Positions 10,407 to 20,052 of a stretch of DNA of 64,000 nucleotides are shown piece after piece. The notes below the pieces were generated by a model. It was not told the origin of the DNA. It made no database searches and was given only the letters and a program-made list of their open reading frames with translations. Positions within the stretch are counted from its first letter, which is position 1. Every line of letters begins with the position of its first letter. Source of the stretch: Aureliella sp. (GTDB taxonomy: Bacteria > Planctomycetota > Planctomycetia > Pirellulales > Pirellulaceae); NCBI GenBank assembly GCA_963691875.1, contig OY829846.1:4480001-4544000 (forward strand), read 5' to 3'. Position numbers and translations under genes: made by a program.

Positions 10407-11282
10407 TTAAGCCAGTGCACAAGTTCGGAGTTTTGAAAGAGCCGGCTTGAGACTTTCAAAGTGTACAGGTTCATGTGGTCCGCCCGTTGGATGAACAGTG
10501 TAGTCACATCCAATGGCTGAGCAGATCTTCTTGAAATGTTGGAGCTTCAGATTATGCGAGAGTTCTAGAACTTTCGACTGCTTAGGCAGCCACAAGCAGT
10601 TCGCAAGACCTGCCCCATGTTGGCCGATAACAAGATGGGCCTGCGAAAACGCACGCACTTGCTCTTCAAAAGTTAATTGTTCCAAACGAACGTTTCGGAA
10701 TTTGAATGGTTTAGGCGTTGCGTTCGAAATAGCGTTGGCTAATTCTGTGTGATTGGGAATAGACCTTCGCGAAGATCCACCCCCTTTTTTTGTTGCCTCT
10801 TCCTTAAAAAAGTGATCAGGTGGCATCCTTTCAATCAACAATACCAAGCGACATGGTCCTGAGGGACCTATGGCGTACCTATGTAGTACAAATTGTCTAA
10901 ATGCGGCTATCTGTTGTCTAGATAAAGACACCAATTGTGGGTTCATCCCTCGCAGGACGAGGTCCATCGAATCGGATGGCGTATGAGGATCTATCGCCTT
11001 CGCACGGTCTCCGAAGAGCTCTTGTGTGATGTTCGCAAATGGGCCTCGCAGTCGCAATTTAAAGTTTGCCTGTGACTCGTTTACTAATAGGAACAGCGGG
11101 AGGCACAAGTCGAACAAAAAGTGATAGTAATGTTCTACGCAGGCGTCAGGTTTAAGGGTTAACGGCCCTGAACGCCTGTTTCTTAAAATGCTCCTGCGAT
11201 TCCGTTTGGCGACCCAGGCTCTTAGTCCTGCCAAAAAGGACTCCGGTATGAACTTCTTGGTTGAATTCAGTAACTTCGTCAC
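10407..11282 (-). CDS. GT61 family (DUF563) glycosyltransferase
   Basis: HYYHFLFD, RRSIPN, LTFEEQVRAFSQAHLVIGQHGAGLANCLWL. Confidence 0.8.
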   Translation of the reverse strand: MTKLLNSTKKFIPESFLAGLRAWVAKRNRRSILRNRRSGPLTLKPDACVEHYYHFLFDLCLPLFLLVNESQANFKLRLRGPFANITQELFGDRAKAIDPHTPSDSMDLVLRGMNPQLVSLSRQQIAAFRQFVLHRYAIGPSGPCRLVLLIERMPPDHFFKEEATKKGGGSSRRSIPNHTELANAISNATPKPFKFRNVRLEQLTFEEQVRAFSQAHLVIGQHGAGLANCLWLPKQSKVLELSHNLKLQHFKKICSAIGCDYTVHPTGGPHEPVHFESLKPALSKLRTCALA

Positions 11283-11306
11283 TGTATGCGATAACCTTTC
11301 ACTTAC

Positions 11307-12491
11307 TCAGGCCGAGAGTCTTTCCGCCATAAATTCAATAACTTCTTGAGCTGTCTGGTCCCAACTGCAAATAGCAACACTCTCGGATACAGCTTTGTGA
11401 TCAAATTCCTGTCTTGCAACATGCTGAATCGCTTTGGCCAGAGCAATCTCATCATCAGCAGCAACGAGTTGGCCGTTGATGCCTGACCTCACGTACTTGT
11501 GGTTGTCGCCGACATCCGTAGCAACAACTGGCAAACCAGAAGCAAGAGCTTCTAGAATCGCATTGCAGCATCCCTCACGACGACTCGCAAGAACGAATAG
11601 GTCTGACTGACGCAGCACGTGAGAAAGCTTGAGCTGGTTTAGCGAACCCAGGTTCTTGACTTTTGTAACAAGTCCGAGTTCTGATATTAAATGCTCGACG
11701 GAGCGTGCGAATGTTGGTTCCGTGGCCTCGCCAATGAGGCGGAGTTCGAACTCAAATTTGAGTTTTGCCAGCCTTGCAAACGCCCGCAAAAGAGTGTCGT
11801 GGCCTTTCACATGGCGGAGGTTTCCAACACACACTATTTTTAGAGTTCTGTTCTGGACAATGTCAGTCTTCGTTGGGAAGAAAACTTGACGGTCAACACC
11901 ATTTGGGATTATCCGAATCCGATGTTCTTTGGCTCCCAATTTTTGTGCTAAGCTCGCCAGTGAACGGCTTACGGCGATAATGCCGTCAACTGATTCCAGG
12001 CACTGGCGCAGTTGTTTCCGGACTAACCTTTGTTTTACCCATTCTTCTTCCACACCACGAAGGGTTACAAAGCAGGGAATCTTTAGCTTCTGTGCAACAC
12101 GCCAACACGCTACTCCCTCTGGATATCCAAAGTGTGCGTCAAGAATCTGTTCCGACCCTGAACTCACAAAGGCGGGCTTGAGCCAATTTAAGATTGTTCT
12201 TTGCATCCAGTATGAATCAAGGAATTTCCCAATCCTCGGTAGGTAGGGCATCGGCAAATAGGAAGTCTCAAAACTGGCGCCATCAGGGTTTATTTCCTGA
12301 GACCAAGATCGAAGGAACGGGAACCATGGCTGGGGGCAGAGAGCGTCGATACGCGCGCGTTTGGACATCGCTTCAAGCCGATGGCGAACGAATAGGCCGC
12401 GTTCCGGATTTTGCATACTGGGAAGCGACATACAAACGGAACGAATTCTGAAATCTCTCACTTCGTCTTGTTGTCGACTAGAGACCAACAT
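11307..12491 (-). CDS. GT4 family glycosyltransferase (paralog of 6014-7207)
   Basis: GLFVRHR, HFGYPEG, IPNGVD, KGHD, EGCCNAILEALASGLPVVATDVG. Confidence 0.9.
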   Translation of the reverse strand: MLVSSRQQDEVRDFRIRSVCMSLPSMQNPERGLFVRHRLEAMSKRARIDALCPQPWFPFLRSWSQEINPDGASFETSYLPMPYLPRIGKFLDSYWMQRTILNWLKPAFVSSGSEQILDAHFGYPEGVACWRVAQKLKIPCFVTLRGVEEEWVKQRLVRKQLRQCLESVDGIIAVSRSLASLAQKLGAKEHRIRIIPNGVDRQVFFPTKTDIVQNRTLKIVCVGNLRHVKGHDTLLRAFARLAKLKFEFELRLIGEATEPTFARSVEHLISELGLVTKVKNLGSLNQLKLSHVLRQSDLFVLASRREGCCNAILEALASGLPVVATDVGDNHKYVRSGINGQLVAADDEIALAKAIQHVARQEFDHKAVSESVAICSWDQTAQEVIEFMAERLSA

Positions 12492-13825
12492 TAGTCGATT
12501 CGCGGAGAACTACTTGTAGCTTCGGATTCCGTCGAATCGTCCTCCAAGTTTTGCGATGCATAAGTTGCATAGGCCAAACTAACTGCGGCGAGCCAAAGGT
12601 ACCATTCGCCATCCAAAATGCTGGTGAAGAGTGTGCAGACTAGCTGCCCGATGAGTACCGATTGAAGGGCAGCCCCGAGGAAGGACATCTCATTTTTATT
12701 TTCCTTCGCATATTCCCGTGCTACTCGGAACATAGCAAAGTACGAGATAGCGAACGCGGAACTCAAGAGAATAAAACCTTGTACTCCCCAGCTTGTAAGA
12801 TTATCCAGAAAGCCATTATGAACGGACCGATACTCGCCAGCACGAAAGTGTTCGATATAGGTGGCCCCAAGGTCACTCTTAAATGCAGCTTTTGCGCCTT
12901 TTCCAAGAGGATAGTCTTGAACCATATTCAGCGCAGCCTCCCAATACAGGAGGCGCTCTCCAGCAGAATTGTCCCGTTCGCTTCCCTCCGCAAACGTCGA
13001 AAAAAACCTTTCCCAAATCCGGGCGTCACCAGCCTGGATGAGAATTGCAATGGCTCCGATCCCCAAGAGAGCCACGGCACGTATCCGCACCTGAGAGCGG
13101 GCCGCGACAATCAGCCAGACTCCAGACGCTATCAGTCCGAGAAATGCGCCGCGAGAGTTGCACCGCAGGACCGTATCAAGAATCAACGGTGCCATCGCAA
13201 CCGCAGCAATTCGGTACAGAGAAGATGGTGGAGATATGATGAAGTAGCCACAAAGGATAAGCCCCATAGACATGATGGCGGCAATTCCATTTGCCCCGCT
13301 CGCATTGGCGATTCCAATGCCTTCCAGACGACCAGCAATTGTCGTTCCCGCTTCGTTTACTACTACTTCGTACCCAACGTAGCCACAGAGCGACGTGATC
13401 GCGAACAAGAAGATGTGTAGATCCTCTGTCTTGTGAAGTGACAGCCTGATTAGGAATGCTAGGCCAACGGACTTCCATAGCAAATCGAAGTACTTCGCAC
13501 TTACGTCTGGATTTGCGGCCAGAAGGTTATGTACCAAGAAGGCATTGATGAGATAGAGGAACGCGAAGACCGCGACACGGAAGCAGTTTTTCGAGGTAGG
13601 AGCTCGACGACTCCAGTTCGCAAATACGATCAAAACAAGTGCCAAGGCCGCCAACAGGTTCCAACGCATCGTGATGGACGTCAATAGTCCTTTTCCCCAC
13701 CACCAAAACTGCGGGGCTGCGAAGAATGTCATCAAATAAGCGCAGCACGCAAAGACCGGCCGACGAACTGACGCCGCAAGCAGCGAGCAGAAAATCAGTA
13801 ACCACGCTATTGCGGTAGCACTCAC
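12491..13825 (-). CDS. Wzy/O-antigen ligase family membrane protein
   Basis: Many hydrophobic segments, NSRGAFLG, ERLLYWEAA..YPLGKG, SVHNGFL (conserved His). Confidence 0.85.
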   Translation of the reverse strand: MSATAIAWLLIFCSLLAASVRRPVFACCAYLMTFFAAPQFWWWGKGLLTSITMRWNLLAALALVLIVFANWSRRAPTSKNCFRVAVFAFLYLINAFLVHNLLAANPDVSAKYFDLLWKSVGLAFLIRLSLHKTEDLHIFLFAITSLCGYVGYEVVVNEAGTTIAGRLEGIGIANASGANGIAAIMSMGLILCGYFIISPPSSLYRIAAVAMAPLILDTVLRCNSRGAFLGLIASGVWLIVAARSQVRIRAVALLGIGAIAILIQAGDARIWERFFSTFAEGSERDNSAGERLLYWEAALNMVQDYPLGKGAKAAFKSDLGATYIEHFRAGEYRSVHNGFLDNLTSWGVQGFILLSSAFAISYFAMFRVAREYAKENKNEMSFLGAALQSVLIGQLVCTLFTSILDGEWYLWLAAVSLAYATYASQNLEDDSTESEATSSSPRID

Positions 13826-15003
13826 TTCCGCAAAGCCTCCTGTTTGTTTGCCACGGCATCGGAAACGGCTGAGGAGTACATTCGTTCAAATCCGTCCAGC
13901 ATCGCGCGTTCAGAATACCGATCCTGATGACGTAGAAGCGAGTTTCTTGCCAATAATTTACTTTGCTCAGGTGAATTCACAAGTTTCTCGATAGCCTTGG
14001 CAAACTCTAACGCATCTTGCGAATTAAAGATTATGCCACATGGTGATTCGCCGGCTAGCATTCGACTTGAATCTCCAACGTTACTCGCAATGACCGGTTT
14101 ACCAACGGCCATCGCTTCCATAATGGATTGACTCATTCCTTCACTGGTGCTGCAATTGGTGTAGGCGTCAAAAGCGGAAAGGAATTGCCAAGCGTTTTCT
14201 TGATGTCCAACGAAGTGCACGTGGTCCTGTAGGCTGGCTTTGCGAACGAGAGCTTCTAAGGAACTTCGTTCTGGGCCGTCTCCCACAATCATGAGGCAGA
14301 CTTCTCGGTGTTTGCAAGTTTTCCTTGCAAGTTGTAACGCTTCGATAGCCAAAGGGAAATTCTTCACCCCAACTAGCCTACCTACTGTTCCCAGCAAGAA
14401 TACGTTTGAGGAAATGGAATGCCTACTTCGTATGCTATGTCTTGCTTCGTTGAGCCATTCGCTTGAATAGGGGACATCGACGCCGTTGGGAATAATGGCC
14501 AATTTGTCGCCGAGTTGTCCGCAGGCTTTTTCTATCTTTCCCGCGACGCAATGTGAATTGGTCATAACGGTACGGGCTCGCCCAATCGCCCAACGCATTA
14601 CCTGTTGGCGTACAAACTCCTTCAGCCTTCCAGGATTGTCTGAACCGAGAACGCTACCTCGCTCAGCATGGACGTGCGAGATTGACTTTATTCGTTTGGC
14701 AGCTAACGCGGTTTCGACTAGGGTACCCCAATTGTGCGAATGGACGACATCAGCACCAACATCTACAAGGCATGAAGCCAGTTTTTTTATGACTTGAAAG
14801 CTGTTGCCTGACCCTTTTCGAAGTTCGATTACCTCCACATCGTCGACTTCCAGCCAATCTTGCGCAGTACCCGTTCTGTCCAGGCAAATCACGGATGCTC
14901 TGAAGAGTTCTCGGTTTAGTCCGTTGGCGACGCGGGTGACACATCGCTCCATGCCGCCTACATTAAACTTGGTTACCACAAAGGTGACGTGGATAGGCGA
15001 CAT
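13822..15003 (-). CDS. GT4 family glycosyltransferase
   Basis: GGMER, VVHSHNW, IPNGVD, GRLVGVKN, EGMSQSIMEAMAVGKPVIASNVG. Confidence 0.9.
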   Translation of the reverse strand: MSPIHVTFVVTKFNVGGMERCVTRVANGLNRELFRASVICLDRTGTAQDWLEVDDVEVIELRKGSGNSFQVIKKLASCLVDVGADVVHSHNWGTLVETALAAKRIKSISHVHAERGSVLGSDNPGRLKEFVRQQVMRWAIGRARTVMTNSHCVAGKIEKACGQLGDKLAIIPNGVDVPYSSEWLNEARHSIRSRHSISSNVFLLGTVGRLVGVKNFPLAIEALQLARKTCKHREVCLMIVGDGPERSSLEALVRKASLQDHVHFVGHQENAWQFLSAFDAYTNCSTSEGMSQSIMEAMAVGKPVIASNVGDSSRMLAGESPCGIIFNSQDALEFAKAIEKLVNSPEQSKLLARNSLLRHQDRYSERAMLDGFERMYSSAVSDAVANKQEALRK

Positions 15004-16569
15004 CTAGTCAGCCAACTTCAGCTTGGAACGGTTGGGTAACTTCGCGGCGAAAGTACTAATGATCTTCTTTCTTAGCGATTCATCTGTACATAAAGCCCAA
15101 GTCGCAGTCCCCCCGAAGAGAATTGTGATCGAACTTCGAACCATGATGCTCAAGTAGCTTTGGCTAGGGCCCATTAATTCAAGTAATAGGACAGAGCTGA
15201 TGGCTGGCAAGCAAGCGAGGAAGGCTCGCAGTGAGAAATGAAACAATAGGCTGGTGTATTGAAGTTCGCATCTCTTCGCTAGCTGAACGGGCAAAAGTAC
15301 AAGTGCTGAGAATCCAATCGAAATAATGACCGACCATGCGAGACCAATTCCCCCGAGTGTCGCCGCTAGTACTGGGGCCGTAACAACAAGCACAAGCCCC
15401 TCCTGTAGCGAAACTTTCGTAACCGCCTTGACTTCTCCAAGGCCCTGCAGAAGCAGGCTTTGACAAGTTCCTAGTGCTCGTAATGGAATGCCAAACATAA
15501 GTACGAAGAGGACGGGCCATGCTGAGTCAGCGAGTTCGGCGCCAATCCACAATGTCAGAAAGCTATGTCCGTAAGCAGCGAGCAAAACACACATTCCCAA
15601 ACCAAGATTGAGAAACATGCGGGGAGCAAGGACGACAAACCGATTCTGTGCGGATTGCTCTTGTTTTGCTGCAAGAGAACTTGTTACCGGTACAACCATC
15701 TGCCGAGTGGGCACGAGGAAGGCGAGGCTCTTCTCACAGATTGTCTCAGCGATACTGTAGTACGCAATAGTAGCAGGACCACCAAACCACAAAGCACCCA
15801 GCGTGCCGATCTTTTGTGATAGTTTGCTCACCATTCGAGCAGCGATGACTAGGCCCCCAAATTTTAATAACTTCTTTTGTTCCATACCCTGAGATGCGAC
15901 GATCTCAGTCCAAGGAAATGCGAATGCGAAAGTTGCGACACTAATGTTGATCGCAAGTGTCGTAAAGCCAATTGATGCGATGACGCACGACATAGTCATG
16001 AATCCATGACCTGAAAGAACGACTGTTCCTATACATACGGCGGTGGCGGTATGAGCTAAGGCTCCGAGCAGGTTTAGATAAGCAAAAGCCTTGTGGGCCT
16101 TCAGGTAGGATCGGAACACGGCCCCAGACACCTGGAATGCCATGTTGAAACCGAGAAACGTAGCCGTCCAAAAGAATTCAAGACGACCTATGCTCGCGAG
16201 CTCAGTAACTCGTGGAAGGGCACTACCGACAAGGACTGCCAAGAGAACGATAACAATGCCCAGCAAACAGTAGAGTCTTAGGGAGGATTTGGCCACACCG
16301 ACCAATTTTTGGCGTTCGCCGGAAGCCAAATATTGGGAGAAGTATTTAGACGTCGCGACTCCAATCCCAAAGTCTACTAATCCATAGTAGTTGGTTATTG
16401 TTGCGATCAACGACCAGATACCGTAAGCTGCGGTCCCTAGTCCTTGAATGATAATGGGTGTCAGATAGAACACACATATCATGCCGATGGCATGGGAAAG
16501 CCAACCAGAAACCGCGCCCAAAGTAACGGCTAGCGAGGTGGATTTGGTCTTTAGAGCTGCGGTCGGCAT
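15004..16569 (-). CDS. wzx: Wzx-type polysaccharide flippase
   Basis: Multi-pass membrane protein with LTPIIIQGLGTAAYGIWSL..DFGIG typical of MOP/Wzx flippases. Confidence 0.85.
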   Translation of the reverse strand: MPTAALKTKSTSLAVTLGAVSGWLSHAIGMICVFYLTPIIIQGLGTAAYGIWSLIATITNYYGLVDFGIGVATSKYFSQYLASGERQKLVGVAKSSLRLYCLLGIVIVLLAVLVGSALPRVTELASIGRLEFFWTATFLGFNMAFQVSGAVFRSYLKAHKAFAYLNLLGALAHTATAVCIGTVVLSGHGFMTMSCVIASIGFTTLAINISVATFAFAFPWTEIVASQGMEQKKLLKFGGLVIAARMVSKLSQKIGTLGALWFGGPATIAYYSIAETICEKSLAFLVPTRQMVVPVTSSLAAKQEQSAQNRFVVLAPRMFLNLGLGMCVLLAAYGHSFLTLWIGAELADSAWPVLFVLMFGIPLRALGTCQSLLLQGLGEVKAVTKVSLQEGLVLVVTAPVLAATLGGIGLAWSVIISIGFSALVLLPVQLAKRCELQYTSLLFHFSLRAFLACLPAISSVLLLELMGPSQSYLSIMVRSSITILFGGTATWALCTDESLRKKIISTFAAKLPNRSKLKLAD

Positions 16570-16606
16570 TCAGTTAGTCTCGCGAAGAGTTCCGAAAGAA
16601 GTCTAC

Positions 16607-17459
16607 TTAAATAGGCTTCGTCGCGAGTACCGTGAAGGAAGTTGCGCTATCAGGGTTCGATTTCGTTAGCCACGGGTCGAGGTATTTTAAGGGCTGTATG
16701 GCCCAAGCAGTGCACCAGCGAGCGGCAAATCCGAGCTTGCCTGGAAACACTGCATCTGCCACCCGCTCCGTATACAAACCAATAGATGAGATTGGCCGAC
16801 GCGCCGGGAAGACTTCACCTTCCAGCGCTTCAAAGATGGAAAGCAAACCGTAGGGTGTATAGCGGAAGAAATCTTAAGGACTGCCGTGAATAGGGTAGGC
16901 AAACGGGACGCTACAAAAAAGGACTCCACCCGGCCGAAGCACGCGAACAATTTCAGCCGCAGCCAGCCAGGGTTTTCGAAGGTGTTCGAAGACGGATACC
17001 GTATGAACCGCGTCGAACGACCCGTCGCGAAAGGGTAACTCATGCGCGTCTCCAACGACTTCACAGTTTGCATGTGGCTGAATATCGAAACCAATCCATT
17101 CAGTACCTGTGAGAATAGTCCTCTCACCTGCACCCAAATTCAGAATGACACCGTATCCGACAGATTCAAAGAACTTATTCCTTGCATCGCGATCCATGTC
17201 CGTAACATTTGTTTGGGGAAATCGCCTTTTCTCGCGGTAACCTTTTTTTCTTTGAGCCGAGCTCAGTTTTTCGCTCCCATCCAAGAAACCTCTCTGCAGA
17301 GAACTCCGTGTCGGAAGGAAACAGTATTGGAAGTGTCCCGTTTGCGACAATCGGAAATTCTGTGGCACAAGAACTGCAGACGGCGGTGCTGCTTTGCACA
17401 TCGAGCGATGCTTTAAGATTTGGGCAAGCGATTCTTGAACGAATTTCCTCCGGGATCAT
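16607..17459 (-). pseudogene. Broken Trm112-like Zn-ribbon + type-11 methyltransferase
   Basis: Three track ORFs join into one gene. There is a frameshift near the T7 run 17243-17249 and an in-frame TAA at 16874-16876 inside HGSP*DFFRYT. Motifs LNLGAG, VGDAHELPF, VFEHL are present. Confidence 0.8.
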
Positions 17460-17492
17460 ACCTTGTATCTTTCGGCGCAGAAAAGTAACAGA

Positions 17493-18527
17493 CTACGAGT
17501 AGGACTCAGTCACGTTGATGACAGAGAAGACCTGGCACCCCAGCTCTTTCGGAACATTCCATCCGTCTACAACAGCTTCAGAGCTAGCATCTACAACGGC
17601 AAGTCTGGCTTGTGGAAAGAAAGAATTTCCTCGTCGCGCGCTCAGGCCGGCGACGAAATGACCTTCCATCTGCGCAATGCCACGAAGGAACCCCTTTTGC
17701 CCATCTGGTACGACTGTAATGCGACGGGGTGGGCGAGAGTCTTCGTAGCAAACAATTTTTGAGGTAACGCACTCAGTGAAAACGGTTTGTGAATTACAGA
17801 TTATTCCATCGTGAGGTCGATCCATGTCCCGGCGAACGATTTCACCTGTCGACAGGTTGAGCTGAACGCCAGGTATCAGCAAGGTTATGAGAATGTCGCC
17901 ACGATCAACAAAGACATGGTTTGGGTGTAGGAAATGGGGCCGGCAATCGCACACTCTCATGCCTCGGGACTTGGGGATGTAATTGGGGAAAACGTATTTT
18001 TGCAAGTTTGCAAATGGCAGCTTCTTGTGCAAGTGGTTGTAGCTGGGCCCGGAACCACCTATCCTGCGGTAAGCACGGACGAACTGCTCGCGCATCACTG
18101 AGCAGAAGTAGGAAGGGCTCGGGCAAAACAAAGGAACCAACGGGATGCTCTTCTCGTAATCCAAATCGTTGTTCAGGATATCCACACAGTCGACACCAGA
18201 ATTGGCGGTGTAGAATTTCTCACCCAAGTGGGCAGTGTGATGAATGTCATTAAAGATAGGGTGGCTTCGACTCTTAGTGATCTGAAGCGGAGCGAGCTTT
18301 CCGAGAATGACCTCCGCCTCAGTCGTAGCGACGAAATCTGCGCTCGGGTGCTCAGGACACAGGCTTGCACCGCAGATGCCCTTGTGAGTGGCCTCATAGA
18401 ACCCAACCTGGTGGACTATCTCATCGACTATCTGAAATCCAGGATACTCAACTACAAGGATCCAACCATCTGGGCCCGCGGATAAGCCCGGCCCCAGTGT
18501 TACCAGAAAATAGGATTTGTTTACCAT
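17493..18527 (-). CDS. Beta-propeller-like protein resembling DUF4915
   Basis: HPNHV, RPHDG, GFLRGIAQMEGHFVAGLS resemble the DUF4915 C-terminal pattern. Function unknown. Confidence 0.55.
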   Translation of the reverse strand: MVNKSYFLVTLGPGLSAGPDGWILVVEYPGFQIVDEIVHQVGFYEATHKGICGASLCPEHPSADFVATTEAEVILGKLAPLQITKSRSHPIFNDIHHTAHLGEKFYTANSGVDCVDILNNDLDYEKSIPLVPLFCPSPSYFCSVMREQFVRAYRRIGGSGPSYNHLHKKLPFANLQKYVFPNYIPKSRGMRVCDCRPHFLHPNHVFVDRGDILITLLIPGVQLNLSTGEIVRRDMDRPHDGIICNSQTVFTECVTSKIVCYEDSRPPRRITVVPDGQKGFLRGIAQMEGHFVAGLSARRGNSFFPQARLAVVDASSEAVVDGWNVPKELGCQVFSVINVTESYS

Positions 18528-18584
18528 CTAGGCTTGTTCAAAATCGTTAGCGATTTGGCAAAAAAAAGCGTGACTGGCAGTCAG

Positions 18585-19349
18585 CTAAGCGTGTGCTTGG
18601 AGACGAAACTCACCGAGCAACAGGAGGTTCATTAACGCGTTATCCACGAATCGGTGCATCTGACGCAGGCGATAGGGACGCGGGTAAGAAATCTCGGTAG
18701 AAGCGAACCTTGCATTACGAAAAATGGATTGCCACACGGACGGTTGCTGGTGAATCTTCCAATCGATAGTACGTTGTGAGAAACACAGTTTCTTTGGAAG
18801 TCCAAAGCGTCTCATCTGAGTCCAAAAGCAATAACGGCACGCATCCGTCGCAATCACTTGACCAGAGGGAGATAGGAGTTCGCGGAGTCTACTGGCGATC
18901 TCGGTGTACCGCTTGAATACAGCTTCTTCTTTCGAGGCGTCTAGCGGAGTCTCGTATAGATGGTTTAAAACCGCGACCATTAGGATTAGGTCGAAGCGTT
19001 CGTTGCTGAACCTTGCCTCGTTAAAATCTTCAACACGGATCTCACAGTTGGTTATTTCCAATTCGTCGAGACGTTCTTGATGGATGCCAGCAGTTCCCGA
19101 TGTGGAACCTTCCATCTCTGGCTCCAAGCTCACCACATGGTCCGCTCCGGCGGCAGCGATATAGGTGCTGAGTAGTCCCCGTCCGCTCCCGATTTCGAGT
19201 ACACGCTTACCACGGAAGTCGAATCCGCCAAACAGCCACCCCAGGTAATGCTCATAAGACACAGGAATATGGTGACCGTCTTGATGACGGAATTTATCTA
19301 CGAGTCTCTGTTGCTTAGGTGTAGGCTGTCTCATCTTCTCTCGCACCAA
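18585..19349 (-). CDS. Class I SAM-dependent methyltransferase
   Basis: VLEIGSGRG, FDLILMVAVLNHL, LLSPSG. Confidence 0.85.
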   Translation of the reverse strand: MVREKMRQPTPKQQRLVDKFRHQDGHHIPVSYEHYLGWLFGGFDFRGKRVLEIGSGRGLLSTYIAAAGADHVVSLEPEMEGSTSGTAGIHQERLDELEITNCEIRVEDFNEARFSNERFDLILMVAVLNHLYETPLDASKEEAVFKRYTEIASRLRELLSPSGQVIATDACRYCFWTQMRRFGLPKKLCFSQRTIDWKIHQQPSVWQSIFRNARFASTEISYPRPYRLRQMHRFVDNALMNLLLLGEFRLQAHA

Positions 19350-20052
19350 CTTATTCTAAAACTTCAAGCAGAGATGAGACAAAATGGCTAAAGGTAGTTT
19401 GCGGTGAGCGTCTCGTGCACTTGAGAGAATGAAAAATGTGAAGCCAATGAAGCTAACTTTGTCTCCGTGCGCTTCAGATTCACTAAATGCCGTAATGGCT
19501 CTTTGCTACCTCACCCTGGATCTCAAGTTGTTGTCTTCCTGGATGATGCCAGAGTGCAGGGCTGGCCGATGGTTTCTCGGGCACGCCCATGAGATGGGGC
19601 AAAGCAAGCCGGGAACAGGAGAGTAGTGGCGGCCAACGGGAACAGGAAAAGGGGCAAGCGAGCCTAGAGTTGCCAGGTGCCTGATCAGCGATTCATTTTT
19701 ACGGCTGATGGTATCGGTTTGCTTCGGTGCATATCTACAGTGTTCATGAAAATGTTACGTTGGGCCGAGCGCACTTCGTTCTTGTGGGTGCAGATGTATT
19801 TGACTCTAGTTGTGGCATTGTGGCGACCTACAATCTCATCTCGATATTCTTTTCCATCCAAAATTTTTGCGTTGGCTCATAACGATGGTGTGGAAAATGG
19901 TGCCGTCTTTCTGCATTAAGTCAAAGGGTCGGTTACGTGAGAGCCTCAGTATGTACCTGCTGTAGATTCACTCGCAGCGTGTTGAGCTTTTACAGTTGCA
20001 CGGGCAAGCCGGCCTCTGCGGATTGGAGCTGAAACGAATTCACGCTCCGTAA

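Noticed and set aside
12662..13420. 252-aa plus-strand ORF and the many similar antisense or alternate-frame ORFs
   Set aside because: They shadow well-supported genes and have no recognisable motifs.
19429..19919. Two short plus-strand ORFs in the 700-bp gap
   Set aside because: They are antisense to the operon, with no motifs and no support.
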